This document shows, piece by piece, positions 13,401-25,629 of a DNA stretch of 64,000 nucleotides. Position 1 is the first letter of the stretch; every line of letters starts with the position of its first letter. The notes under the pieces were generated by a model. That model was not told where the DNA came from. It made no database searches and saw nothing but the letters and a program-made list of their open reading frames with translations. The position numbers were made by a program, and so were the translations under genes. The stretch lies in NCBI RefSeq assembly GCF_006345805.1, contig NC_043017.1, positions 14,074,001 to 14,138,000 of the forward strand, read 5' to 3'. Source of the stretch: Octopus sinensis. Its lineage: Eukaryota.

Positions 13401-14300
13401 CCAGCAGGCTGGTTCCCTCCTCGTTGCGGGAACCATAGCCATAGCCTCCATGTACACCATAGAAGTCCCCAGCATGTCGTCCAACATGACCATTGAAGTC
13501 ACCAGCCACAAAGAGAAGGTCTCTGTCGTTCGTCAACGAGGTAGTCTGCAGTAGAGTGTCATAGAATCGGTCTTTCTGTCCATCGGGTAGCCCCGGCTGA
13601 GGAGCATAGGCCGATATAATGGTTGCTAATCCATGATGAAGCACTAATCTAATCTTAAGTATTCTGTCACATACTCTGATTACCTCAATTACTTTATCTA
13701 CCCATTTTTCAGCGATAAGTATCCCCACGCCACCAATCCCGTCAGTGTTCCCTGCCCAGAAAATCTTGTACCTGTGTTCTTTGCCTGTGAGGAACCTAGC
13801 AGAACCTTCTCTCCATCTTACTTCTTGGATGCAACATATATCAACACATCTCCGTTCAAGCATCTCGACTATCTCGCCAGACCTACCTTTCAGTATGGCA
13901 ACGTTGAGGGTGCCAACCCTGAGGGTGTGAGAGGTATGTGCCCTAGAGACCCTGGGACGGTGGACAGTAGCTTCATGCACCTGAAAAGAAAACTCGCATT
14001 TGGCAGAAGTCATGATCAAGCAATACAGTAGCCTTCAGTTGAACCTGCATAACACTACCCTTTCATTATATTGCACTGTATGAACATTACCTTACATAGG
14101 AGATAGGCCGAGACTAGGGGTAGGGATGGCGAAAGAGCTTTTGCAATCTTCATGGTAAGCAACTCAAGGATGGCAAAAAATAAAAACTTCCGGCATGTGT
14201 GGAGGGGGTGGGAGGGCGAGGTCACCACGAACTAGGAAGAGGTTCTGTTAATCGTGAGACTAAGAAAGTAGGTTTGAAAAATCTGAGAAAGTCAAATTTT
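10463..14300 (-). mobile_element. RTE-clade LINE copy 1, near full length, antisense in RTF2 intron 4; APE endonuclease + RT with internal PHD finger; disrupted
   Basis: GTLNV, IQEVRW, GDFNGH and SQIDYIL (APE); QGSVLSPLLF and YADD (RT); (TGA)n tail. Lesions: 2-nt deletion near 12272, TGA at 12025-12027 and 13-nt deletion near 11290. The 5' boundary is uncertain. Confidence 0.95.
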
Positions 14301-15167
14301 AGGAGAAATATAAGTGGCTGAGTGTTAAGACTTTGGTAGCTAAGTGAATCAATGAATATAAAGTTATCTTCGGGAGCAACAGGAAGACAAGACTAAACGA
14401 AAAACATATTTACATGTATGGCATGTTACTGAACTAGACAGAGTAATGAGAGAATACTGAAAGAATAATGATGACATGTGCTAAGATAGTAGGTAGAAGA
14501 AAGTGAGGTTGAAAGAAGGATTCTTATCTTTTATCCGTTCATGATGAGCAGTCCGTTATTCTTCGTTAGGAGTTAGAGTTGAAATTTACAGAAAAACAAA
14601 AGACCAAGACAAGTGTATAAACAACAATTTCGTTTAATGCTGAGGTAAGTAAGAAAGTCTTTTAGATTTCAAGCCTCTGCTCTGCAACAGAAAGGAACAC
14701 GAGGAAACAGAGAGAATAAAAAAATCTTTTGGATCTAGTGGTCAATCATGACACACATACTCACAAATACATTCATTTTTATCCCAAACTGTGAATGATG
14801 GCTATGGATAAAACCTCGACACTCAAACTTCTCACTTTGTGTTCTTTAAACTAAGTGACCTGAACATGTTCTTGTGAACTGGTTTCTCCCAGAAATGTGT
14901 GTGCCTATAAAGATATATCCATTCTCCATTCCTCTTTATCTTCCTCCAGCCACATTCTCATCTCTCTGCTATACTCCAACCATCCTTAACACCTCTTTCA
15001 TCCCCTATCTCTCCCAATATTCTCAAATATCTCACACAACCCCCTCCACACTCTCCCCTGCACCATTCATGTATCTGTCTCTTTGAATTAATACAGCTAT
15101 CTCTCTCCCATCTAACCATTATTATTGAAATCATTATAAGTAGTAAAGAAATTATTATTATTTGCAG

Positions 15168-15246
15168 ATTCTGTTTTCCATGGACATGTGGTTGTGTGGT
15201 TTCAGAGCGGGCTCTGAAAGAAGTGAAGTCAGATACTTGTCATAAG
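15168..15246 (+). CDS. RTF2: RTF2 coding exon 5 (K-FCFPWTCGCVVSERALKEVKSDTCHK)
   Basis: TTTGCAG acceptor and AAG|GTAAGA donor; 79 nt, phase 2 to 0; CGCV.SERALKE motif. Confidence 0.96.
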
Positions 15247-16949
15247 GTAAGACATGTCTCAATATTTTTCTCTCTTTGTCATATGATAAGACATGCCTTA
15301 ATATCTCTCTCTTGACATGTCAAAATCATCATTATCATGCCTCCTTTTTCTATCCTGGCATGGGTTGAATGAGACTTTTCAAAACAGTATTCCATAGCTT
15401 TCCTGACACCAACCTGTACTTATTTACAAGTAACATACTCAGTTCTGTTGTTCTCTGCACAATATCCCCAGAACACCAGCTAGAATGACAATCAGATCCA
15501 GGGGCCTTTACATTCTGTATAGGAAGGTCAGTATGTGACATTTTAATCCCTGTGGGTACTAATGATGGTTGCATGTTGTCCTGATAGAGTAAGTCAGAGC
15601 ATCGAGAGCCTATTGTTTTGTCCTTTGGGAAAATCCACAAATTTTCCTACAGGAACAAAACATTTGACAGCCAAAGCCCACGTCAGATTTGCATTTGCTT
15701 CATCACTGCCACCCTTCCATGAGAAAGTGATGGCCATCCTTATCTCTGTGACATGGCCACCCCCAATGAAGTGATCCTCCCTCAGACATCCTTCTGTCAG
15801 GTCTTCTTTCTAATCTGCTACTATCCTTCAACGTCTGCACCTCCTATGTGTTTGGTGAAATTTGTTACACTTGCTTTTTGTTATTACAGCAGCAGAATTG
15901 ACTGAACATCAATCTTAATTCATTACTCAGTTCAATCCATTACTAGTATTTGACCCTTGGGTTCCTTTCTTTAGCAAGCATTTTCCAGATCTGAGGATAA
16001 TTTAAGACCAGTCTTGGAGGCCCTGCGAAAAAGTCTTGAAAATAATGCTTTGCTGTGTTGTGTCTGTTTACTTTGTGATTTTAAATTCTACTGAAGTCAT
16101 CAATGCCTTTCAACTTTCTGGGGCTGATAAAGTACCACTCAAATACTGGGGTTGATGATGTTTCTCTCCTTTCAAAATTGCTAGTCTGGTGCCTAAGAAA
16201 TGATTATTAAAAGAAGGTAGTGAAATAAAAGATTTAGGAAGTGTTGGCCACATTTAAATTCCTTGTGGGATTTGTGTATGTTTTGAGTTTAAAGGCTTTG
16301 CCTTTCGTTTTTCCTCATTTCATAAAGTATGTACAGAATTAGCTATAGATGTTTTTAAAACTTTAAGGTTTTGTGCTTGTCATGAATTACTGATATTACT
16401 AGATATGGCTGTGTGGGGCTAAGAAGCTTACTTCCCACCCAGATGGGAAGTAAGTATATATTTTTATATAGTCTTGGGCCAGACAAATAATCCTTGTCAG
16501 TAAATGAAGACTGAAAGAAGGTTGTTGTACGTCTGTCTTTGTATCTCCTTGTTTTGACATGAGTGTCACTGTCACACAAGCAATGTCATTTGTTTCCAAT
16601 CTTCCATGAAAACATCAGGCCACGGAGAAATATTCCCTTGCTTGGAAACTAATTAGGGTTGGCAAGAGGAAGAACATCCAGTTTTAGAAGATATTGCTCA
16701 CCAAATTCCAATGGAAAAGTGAAAGTTAAGATGATGAGGATGGCTACTGTTATTTATAATTATTACAAAGCTGATGGATTTGGAGAATCAGAGTAGTGAT
16801 AAAGGTAAAAAAAAATTGCTCTACAGTATTTGTTGTGTTTCTTTACATTCTGAGTTCAAAATGATGAAAGATAAAGCTGACTTTGCCAGAATTTGGAGTT
16901 AATAATGGTTTTGACTTCTTAAAATCACCCAAGCCCTTGTATAAAAATT

Positions 16950-17760
16950 CCCAACAGCGGGCTACAAGTAACCTTAGATGCCAAGAACCCTCCTAAATAT
17001 CCTAGCTGTCCCTAATAACACCATTTCCTGGAGCTGTACTAAACTGGCTTTTATGTCTATTTCCTTTATCCATCTGTTCAGATCTTTAGGGATAGTTCCT
17101 AATGTACCTATATAACTACAGGGCTACATTTTACCTGCACTTTCCATAGTCTCTGTAACTCAATGGCTAGGTCCTGGTACTTTGCTATTTTCTCATTAAC
17201 TTTCTCTTCATTTGGGACAGTAAGGTCAGTTATCTGGCACTTTCTATTCTATTTGTCTACTACTACTAAATCAGGCCTTCTAGCTTCTATTACTCTCTCT
17301 GTTTGAATGTTAAAGTCCCACAACATCTTTTATTCCTTACTTTCTAGTACTTTACTAGGTTCATGTTCATACCATTTATTAGAATGGACAGATGCTAGCT
17401 TTCTACATTACTCCCAGTAGATTATTCTCCCTAGGTTGTCATGTCTTCTTTTTTGATTTACATAGCCTACATTGGGAATTTTCCTGGGTTTTGTTTATCT
17501 TGGCTTTTATCCAATTAGTTCTCAATGCTTGATCTTGTGCTGCTAACAAACTTTATTTGTCTTGCTTTTCAGCCTTCTCCTCCCACTGTGCCTCTAGCAA
17601 CTCTTAATGTACTTTCTCCACTATTACCAACCTAGGAGGTTATATCTGCTCTAGCTAACTCCACACAGTATTCTACTGATATTAACCCTATTCCACCTTC
17701 CTTTCTAGGTACTCCTGCTCTTGGGTGACATCCTCCATTCATATTGAATTTGTTTCTAAT
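16950..17760 (-). mobile_element. R4/Dong-like (RLE-type) LINE relic in RTF2 intron 5
   Basis: Minus-strand EKIAKYQDLAIELQRLWK...LGTIPK...LQEMVLLGTARI, a restriction-like endonuclease C-terminus. Confidence 0.75.
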
Positions 17761-17981
17761 TCTTCTGTATGATAATAATTTATTATTTAATGAAAACTCT
17801 CAGCTTATTTTGCTGGATATGATGGAAAGTGTCAGCTGCCCACAGCCAGCAGACTAAGGTGGCTCCTATTTACTGGTCATGCAGAGAATTCTTGCAGTTC
17901 TAAGTCATGCTGATTTTTGTAGGTGTTCTATTCTTACATTTGTACCAATCTTTTTAAGCCGTTTTGGTATTATTATAACAG

Positions 17982-18095
17982 TGTGGTGAAAAGGTGGACA
18001 AGGAAGATGTTGTGATACTCAATGCAAGTGAGGAAGACTTAGAAGTGATGAGAGACCGAATGAAAAGGAGAAGATTAGCAGCTAAACTGGAGAAG
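17982..18095 (+). CDS. RTF2: RTF2 coding exon 6 (CGEKVDKEDVVILNASEEDLEVMRDRMKRRRLAAKLEK)
   Basis: ATAACAG acceptor; 114 nt, phase 0 to 0; D.I.LN...E......RM..RR motif; donor AAG|GTCTTC is weak but GT. Confidence 0.93.
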
Positions 18096-18531
18096 GTCTT
18101 CTTGATTTTTCTTTTCTTTTCTTTTTGTAACGTTGTTATTTAGCTTCAGTCTAAATTAAAAGAGCCGAAACGATCATCTTAACACACACAATATTTGTCT
18201 TTTCCAGGCAAAATTAATTATAATTGAAAAAAATGATACAATTGTAAATAGTTTTTAAATACAGATTTTGTTCGAACTTAGAAACATTGTCTGCTCCTAA
18301 AAATAACAAAGTATCAATAGCAGCATATTTGTTACAAAAGTATTTTAAACAATTTTTATTATAAAAATGATGACATCAGGTAGCAGAATACTGTGATTGG
18401 GCTTTAAGCGACATACTACAAGGTGTATACCTAAATATGAAATTATTACACACACACATTATATATATATATATAAGCTAGAGTGCAGTGCTGTGAAAAC
18501 AACATCTGAAAATGAATTTCTGTTATTTCAG

Positions 18532-18580
18532 AAAGCTAAGAAAGCAGAAAAGAAGAAGTCTGACATCCCTGTTGACCAAT
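18532..18580 (+). CDS. RTF2: RTF2 coding exon 7 (KAKKAEKKKSDIPVDQ-Y)
   Basis: ATTTCAG acceptor and T|GTAAGT donor; 49 nt, phase 0 to 1; Lys-rich segment expected after KLEK, and it restores the frame into the last exon. Confidence 0.88.
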
Positions 18581-20163
18581 GTAAGTCAGCCTATATCTAT
18601 TGATTTTATTTTACTTTTTTAAATTTGTCAGGAGAGAAATGACAATAGACATGTTCTTTTTAGTCCCTTACTTTTAGAATGTGAGATGGATTTGGCTAGG
18701 TAAAGACAAAAGCTGGATGGGGAAGGGTTTCAAAAGTTGTAATATATTATGAAAATAGACTTGATGGCTGGGTAAAACATGTTGAGAAGAGAACACAATC
18801 TATAATGTCTGTTTAGTGTAAACTCCCCCATCTTCACAATCTCTCTCTCTCTCCAACTTGCACAGGCATGTATCTCCTCTACTTCAAGACTTTATTCCTG
18901 TCCTTTGGCTCAAAGCCACCTCCTTCACTACTACTAATCTCCCTTTACTAAGTTTCTCAAAGCATCTGGGTCATGAGATGTAATTCTTAATTATTCAAGT
19001 AGCTTTGCGTTTCTCTTAGAAGTTTCTAGAATGTCTAGCGTTCCATTAATAAAAACAGCTTGCTTACCCTGCTCTTCGCTTCTTAGTCAATTAGACTCAG
19101 AGCCGTTTATGTCATTGCTATGTCCATCTATTTCTCTAGGCTTGCATAGATTACTTCATTCAACTAGATTCTACATTTTGATTATGTTTCATCAACAGCC
19201 AATGAATAAAATATATTTTTATGTAGTAAATATGTAGTTCTTAAATTTATTCTTCTTCTCTGTAAGAATTCTTGTAATAATATACATGCAGCCAATTCTG
19301 AACATATATTCTCACTACACATCCATTACCCTCTATGAAAGGGTATCCAACCATATGGAAGCCATACTCAAGCAGACAATGGAGCTTAGCAGTCTTCTGA
19401 CTTGCCATCTGTCCAACCATCCAACCCATGTCAGCAAGGAAGGAGGATAATGGCAGATAAATAGATAGATGGATATATGAGGTGCATTCCAGGATGGGGA
19501 GTTCAAAACTAAACTTAATTCTTCTATATCTTTTAAGTAAATTTTCTCAAATTCATTCCCACTGCATTCTGTAAAAGTACACTTATATGTATGTAGGCAC
19601 CAAGCAGCTATTTAATTCACTGTGTGAATGTGTGCACCAAACCATGTGCATATGCTTGCATCTTCATGGATGCTTGTATGAGTGAGTGTACATGTGCCAT
19701 GCAGCTTGTGCAAGAGTGTTTATACATTCATAGCCATTAACAGTTACTTTGAATACTTTTCTCGATGTATTGCGTGTTTGTTTCTTTTTTGGATTTGTTA
19801 TTTTATTATCGATCCTCTATATAAATGAAGATATTTCCTTTAATTTGCTGCTTTTCTTTACATGAAATGAGAAGATACATTGCAAAACTGTTATTTTAAT
19901 GAGCTATATCTATTTATCACCTGAAGAGAGACATCTGTGCTGTTGGATGCTCCTGAATCAGTTGTTGAGTGTCCCACCCATGAGGGGTCAATGCTAGACT
20001 TGTCGAGACAATTGTGGTGATTAATAAAAATCCTTGTATCTTGCATCTTTCATTTACATAATGAACACTGTGAAAGTAACCACATTTTACCAGCAAATTA
20101 TCAGGTAGAAACCATTCATTTTATTATCTGCATACATAAATATACTCCTTATCTTTTATGTAG

Positions 20164-20426
20164 ATGCTGAAAGCAGTAGCAGCAAGATTGCCTGTTTGGT
20201 TCCTGGAAAATCCAAATTGACAAATGGTAATAGAATTGCTACAAACACTAAAACAACTGGCAAGAATTCCAAGACAGCTTCTAGAAGCAATGAAAGCCAG
20301 GGTCAGACAAGTCTCCAGAAGGACTCTAAAAACAGTGTGGTTTACAAGTCGTTATTTACATCATCAGAAGAGTGCAAGAAAAAGCCTGAACAACACTGGA
20401 TTACTTACAATCCTCTCTATTTTTAG
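20164..20426 (+). CDS. RTF2: RTF2 coding exon 8, last (Y-AESSSSKI...SVVYKSLFTSSEECKKKPEQHWITYNPLYF*)
   Basis: TTTTATGTAG acceptor, phase 1; YKSLFT and HW(V/I)T C-terminal Rtf2 motifs; TAG stop. The eight exons sum to 897 nt = 298 aa plus stop. Confidence 0.95.
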
Positions 20427-20749
20427 ATATTCAAGGACATTCCAGTCTGCTTGTCATTAAACCACTTCGGTGTTTCATTCATCTCATCAAACAACTACAG
20501 TTTTGTGTGAACAGCTGTACCATCAGGGAAACACCCATTGACTTGAGGTGCATGTAGCCTTACCTTTTTTGAGGTGTAAAATTCTTTATATTATTTGTGA
20601 TATTTAGTTTCTTCTTCAGGGTAATATTTTCATGTTTAATTTGCTCATGCAAGACTTATAATTATGAAGTAGATGATGTTTTTTTATACATGTAAAGATA
20701 TATTAAATTTACATATATATGTGTGTATACAAGGAAATTTACATATATA

Positions 20750-21100
20750 TGTGTGTATACAAAAGAAACCAGAATTTTGCAATATTATTTAATTCACTTA
20801 GTTTTGCATGTTTACACTTTTATTGCTTTCAAAGTATTATATATTTGAAGCATTGCATAAGTCCAGATGCATTTTCCACTGTTTGAAGCAGTCCTGGAAC
20901 GTTTGCAAAGTGATGCCTTTTAACACCACTGTCATTTTTTTTTCTTCTCTTCCACATCTGCAAAACGGTCACCGTGAATGAGATTGGTCTTCAAGCAACA
21001 AGTGACCATTCCTAAAGCATGAAAGCCACTTGTAAACTTGTGTTTTGCTCATGGCAGCATCCTTGTAAGCTGTCTGAAACATCACAACTGTTTAGTTGTG
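20750..21100 (-). mobile_element. Internally deleted mariner relic
   Basis: N-terminal HTH fragment TVVMFQTAYKDAAMSKTQVYKW..FRNG..LED is joined to the C-terminal FADVEE...LKGITLQTFQDCFKQW. Confidence 0.8.
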
Positions 21101-21189
21101 ATGTCACTTGTGTGGTCACTTGTTGCTTGAAGACCAATCTCATTCACGGTGACCGTTTTGCAGATGTGGAAGAGAAGAAAAAAAATGAC
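20931..21189. repeat. Inverted repeat with 78/77-bp arms (20931-21008, 21113-21189) and an inner 11-bp hairpin (21079-21104)
   Basis: Arms are exact reverse complements apart from T9 versus A8 in a homopolymer. Confidence 0.95.
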
Positions 21190-21935
21190 TGTGTTTACCC
21201 CAGCAGAGAACACATTAGTGCACATATATATACATGCATGCATATGTACCTATATATATATAAAATTTTGAATTAGAAACAGGTTATTACAAGATAATTT
21301 CTTTAGTCTTTCAGGTGGTTTGCATTGGGATAATGCATTATTAATGCTAGTAAGGTGTATGTATATAGAAAAGACTAGAAAAACGTTATGAAAATCTTTT
21401 ATTAACTACAGATTAGAAATTCATCATCATGTATCATCTGTTTTCCTTGCTGGCATGGGTTGGGCAGTTTGATGGGCTGCTGGCTTAGCAGAAGATTGCA
21501 CCAGGCTTCACTGTTTTTGCAGGATTTTTGTGGCACCAACACAGTAAAAAAGTAAGAACCTTGACTTCAGCTTATTCTACCCATTTTTTTATGTCAGATG
21601 ATAATTATATTACTGCTATGCCAATCGCCCTAGAAATGAATTTAATTCTGTTGTAAGGGATGTCTCTGGTGCAGTAGTCTGGTTCGCCAGTCCTCAGTCA
21701 AATCATCCAACTCATGCTAGCATGGAAAGCTGACATTAAACAATGATGGTGATATATATATTCTTAAATTATGTCTTGTATAGAAATATCCTCTTCCACA
21801 TTGTATACAGGGAACCTGTATTTTCAAACGAATTGAATGAAATACTACTTCATAAGTTTAAAAATCTATAAGTGATGTGTTGGGAAATATTTATTTACAG
21901 TTTAATTAATCTATTTATTTAAAATTTATTTATAG

Positions 21936-22097
21936 GCGCAGGAGTGGCTGTGTGGTAAGTAACTTGCTAACCAACCACATGGTTCCGGGTTCAGTCCCAC
22001 TGCGTGGCATCTTGGGCAAGTATCTTCTGCTATAGCCCCGGGCCGACCAATGCCTTGTGAGTGGATTTGGTAGACGGAAACTGAAAGAAGCCTGTCG

Positions 22098-22128
<31 letters not shown>

Positions 22129-22316
22129 CTCTGTTTGTCCCCCTAGCATTGCTTGACAAACGATGCTGGTGTGTTTACGTCACTTAGCGGTTCGGCAAAA
22201 GAGACCGATAGAATAAGTACTAGGCTTACAAAGAATAAGTCCCGGGGTTGATTTGCTCGACTAAAGGTGGTGCTCCAGCATGGCTGCAGTCAAATGACTG
22301 AAACAAGTAAAAGAGT
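21936..22316 (+). mobile_element. tRNA-derived SINE, young copy
   Basis: A box TGGCTGTGTGG, B box GGTTCAGTCCC, central (TA)(TG) tract, 3' ...GACTGAAACAAGTAAAAGAG. Confidence 0.9.
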
Positions 22317-23405
22317 ATAGTTTATGAGCACAGTTTCACTTTGGTCTTATCTTGCTAGTAAAATGAAACTCACTTCACATCAAGAGGCTTGATGTGTGGG
22401 GAAAAGAAAGGCATATAATTATATTGCTATCACATTGAATGGTCATAATACAACAGTTGACTTCTTCTTTTTGGACTGATCTTAGCTTTGTGAGAGCGGC
22501 TGGTAGACTGAAACTGTGTGTGTATATGCACATCTTGATTCTGTGTGTCTTCGTTAATGTTTGAGCAAAAATAGTGGCATTAACATTTTCATAGTTTATC
22601 AGTTTCACGTGAGAATTAGTATAGGTAAGGATTGGTGACATGAACATCAGGTTATAGAAAAACTACCTCAGAAAGTATCATCTTAATCTATGCCTGTACA
22701 GGGTAAGAAAAGGACATAAAAACAATGATAATGGCAATGATACACATACAATAGGCTTCCTCACAGTTTCTACTTAACAAATAGTCAACTTGAACCTAGA
22801 TCAGAAGAGACCACTGTGCAGGATTGAAGCCAGAATCATAATTACACAAAATAATGGCCAGATATGTCACCATCAAGATTTGTTCAGGACATAAATACAA
22901 AATATAATTAAAGATTGGCGACCTCACAAAATAACAATTTGATAGCAACAGTAGTTGAACATATGGTGATGTCAAATAATTACAGAAATATTTTGTTTTT
23001 TCTTTCAAACTGAGTCAATTTGATGTCATTTAAATATATTGATGCTGCCATAGTAGTCATAGCAACTGGAGTTGTAGTAAGTCTGACAGAAGTCTGGGAA
23101 AGTACTTCTTTGCATATTCCATAGACATAAAGTAGGGCCTCACATATAGAATATATTGAAGGGCACAACTTTGATTAGCTGAGATTATTGTTGTATTAGT
23201 AGACAAACACTCCCTCGAGAGGTTATTTGTTTAAAATCTAAATAAAGGGAGATAATTCCAATAAAAGCAGTTAATTGAGATTTTTGTAAAATGAAGATGA
23301 GTGGATCTGGTCTTTAAAGTTAACTGGTGAAAGCAATGAACTTATTTTAGTCTTATTAGAACTCTTCAGTAAAGAATATTTTACTCTATTGTAAAAGATT
23401 TTTCT

Positions 23406-23578
23406 TTAGACACTCCACAGGTTCTTTAGAATTCTGAGGAAATCAACATCTGATTCGATTCCAATACTTAAGCCTTCATAATACTGTTCCCATTCAATAT
23501 ATCGAATCACTTCGGTTTCTTTTGAGCTTTTGTTCAACACACTAAGCATTAATTGTAGTGCATCATACAGTTCTCCAC
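23406..23578 (-). CDS. CAPS2: Calcyphosin-2-like last coding exon (G-GELYDALQ...EQYYEGLSIGIESDVDFLRILKNLWSV*)
   Basis: Minus-strand TTTTTTCTTCAG acceptor, phase 1; YYEGLSIGI..D.DF..IL...W C-terminus as recalled for vertebrate CAPS2; TAA at 23408-23406. Confidence 0.92.
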
Positions 23579-23859
23579 CTGAAGAAAAAATATAGAAAGC
23601 AGATTAATTTTTAAATAATTGTGAACGTTCAAGAAATAAAATGTGTAGTCAAGCAGAACGTTAGTAACGGTGTGTGTGGGCAAATACAAAACCACTGACA
23701 AAGAATAATTGTTTCCAAAATAGTATGTTAGCATGGACTTTTACTATTTGGTCAGTGACGTGTAAAGCATGTCACTGGGTATTGTCCTTATTCCAAATCA
23801 GGACTGTCGTGGTTCAAACGACTATCAAACCGGGGTATCAAAGTTCCTGGACTAATTAT

Positions 23860-24365
23860 GTTTAATAAAAAACTTAACTTATTTACCTAAGTTTTAACAT
23901 CATTTTCGAAATAGTCACTGGTCCCAGTGTTCCTGCCACTTTTGGAATCTGGCTTGGATGTTGTTTTCTGTGAGTCGAAGACTGTCTGCGATTTAATCTG
24001 GATCTCAACAACAGTATTAAAGTGGCAGCCTTTAGACTGCCATTTTCATCTTGGGGAAGAAATGGAAGCCCACAGGTGCGGAAGCAATACCATGTTTTTG
24101 GCGAGAAACTTGTGAATGAGGAGAGTTTAGTGACAGGGTGCATTGTCGTGACCCATCGCCTTCTCTGATGCAGACTTCCCAAGTTCAATGCAAAATTTCA
24201 CATTGGCTGGCTGTTCCAACTTCTTGTCCATGACAATGCAGACTACAGCATACGTATGATCATAAAACAAATTTCACAACTTGTGAAGTAAACACAGCGA
24301 CATCACTTGGCACACTGTGCACACAGCTATGTGCTGCCATCTGGGGACTTTTTCATACGACCAAG
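23860..24365 (-). mobile_element. Mariner relic (C-terminal half) in the CAPS2 last intron
   Basis: Frameshifted DNAPCH...IHKFLAKN...FPKMKMAV.G..FNTVVEIQ...ARFQKWQEHWDQ. Confidence 0.7.
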
Positions 24366-24842
24366 TATAATAAGCAGCTAAATAATAAAACCATATTTAA
24401 TGCACCAAATGAAATTATTGTCAAATATTTCTCACACTAATATGGATTTAAAATGCTGTTTAGTCAGATTTTGGCCCCAATTGGTCAGGGACATTTTGGC
24501 TACAACCAGCTAAGACTACATTGTCCTTTGTACCCTTACTATTTTAAAGAAATGTGGTGTGATTTAAGAGAGATTTAGTAGCTCTTTAACAGTTCAAGCA
24601 ACCACATGAAAGTTCCAGACTTATGAGTGAATTTGAAGGATGACTTTGTGGATGTAGAATTAAGCTCAAATGAAATGTTTGGCCACACTCAAGTGATGAC
24701 CAACCACAACTAATAACTTGTTTGTTAATATGACACACACACACGGTTGATTACACAGGCTGGATACATAATATCAACACAATGCGGTTACACACCCAAC
24801 ACTTTCTCAACTCCTCATTAATAATGAAATAGTATTGTTTAC

Positions 24843-24939
24843 CAGAAAATACATTATTTTGGCTGCCAGCTCTGTAAAATTTCTTCAATTCGCTAACATT
24901 GATACAATCTTTAGTAGCTCCTCTCATCTTGCGATAAGC
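24843..24939 (-). CDS. CAPS2: CAPS2-like exon (AYRKMRGATKDCINVSELKKFYRAGSQNNVFS-G)
   Basis: TTTAAG acceptor and G|GTAAAC donor; 97 nt, phase 0 to 1; aligns to the CAPS2 AF.KLD...Y......V.SG segment and joins both neighbours in frame. Confidence 0.85.
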
Positions 24940-25629
24940 CTTAAATTCAAAAATCAGCATTACAAGACAAAGCTACATCATTTTGCCTGGTTATTTTAGA
25001 AAAACAGAAACAAAAGTCAAAGGTACAGACAACAATTCAAAGTATTTTCACTACCCTGCTAAAACACCTTAACTGCTATGACTCCACTCAGGGTAATGGC
25101 AAGTCTCAGTATTATACCAATATAAAGAGAAAGATAAAAAAAAAGGGCCCAAAACGGATTCTGGTAGTTTTGTAATGAGTTTCTTAAAAATCATGAAAAA
25201 AAGCTGACGCAGAATCACTTTTTCCAAAGCCTGGTTGCAAGCAGTAAGCTACTTCATAATTGGGATGGGGAAAAGGATTTGCAAAATAACATTTTGCACA
25301 GCATCCTTTTTGGGTTGAAAGTGCCTCACAGTGCCTCTACTGCAGCATTATGTTTGGATGTTGATGCATCGGCTCATCCAATCAAACATAGATGTAGAAT
25401 ATCTTGACATAAAATTCTTCAACAAAGTCAATCATATTATAATGACAAGTTACAAAGTACATGACAGCAACATGATTTGAAAAGCAGGAGAGTAGCTGCG
25501 TGGCATTTTAAGAGACGGAAGTCAAGCTGTTGCAGTCAATTGTATACTTTCAAATGATTCTGAAAGGAGTACCTCTAGTAATGATCATAGAGAGTTATTA
25601 CTGCAGTTATTTAAATAGACATGAGTAGA

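Noticed and set aside
14150-14330. HDV-like ribozyme at the RTE 5' end, known for some RTEs
   Set aside because: I could not build the double pseudoknot by eye, and the element's 5' boundary is uncertain; a descriptor search is needed.
14655-14700. Possible decayed ribozyme upstream of RTE copy 1
   Set aside because: No intact CUGANGA core, and stems cannot be assigned.
18096-18143. Hydrophobic tail (VFLIFLFFSFCNVVI) as a membrane-anchored RTF2 isoform
   Set aside because: It is the expected translation of a T-rich intron start, only 15 aa long and unsupported.
20705-20762. 28-nt direct duplication with period 30
   Set aside because: Simple slippage next to a TA/TG tract at the mariner relic end; no sign of function.
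21045-21112. Hammerhead-like GAAAC-stem-GUC inside the 3' flank hairpin
   Set aside because: The upstream core reads CUCAUGG and no stem I forms; the sequence is explained as mariner coding DNA plus a fold-back.
21936-22010. tRNA gene
   Set aside because: It has A and B boxes but no full cloverleaf and continues into a SINE body repeated elsewhere.
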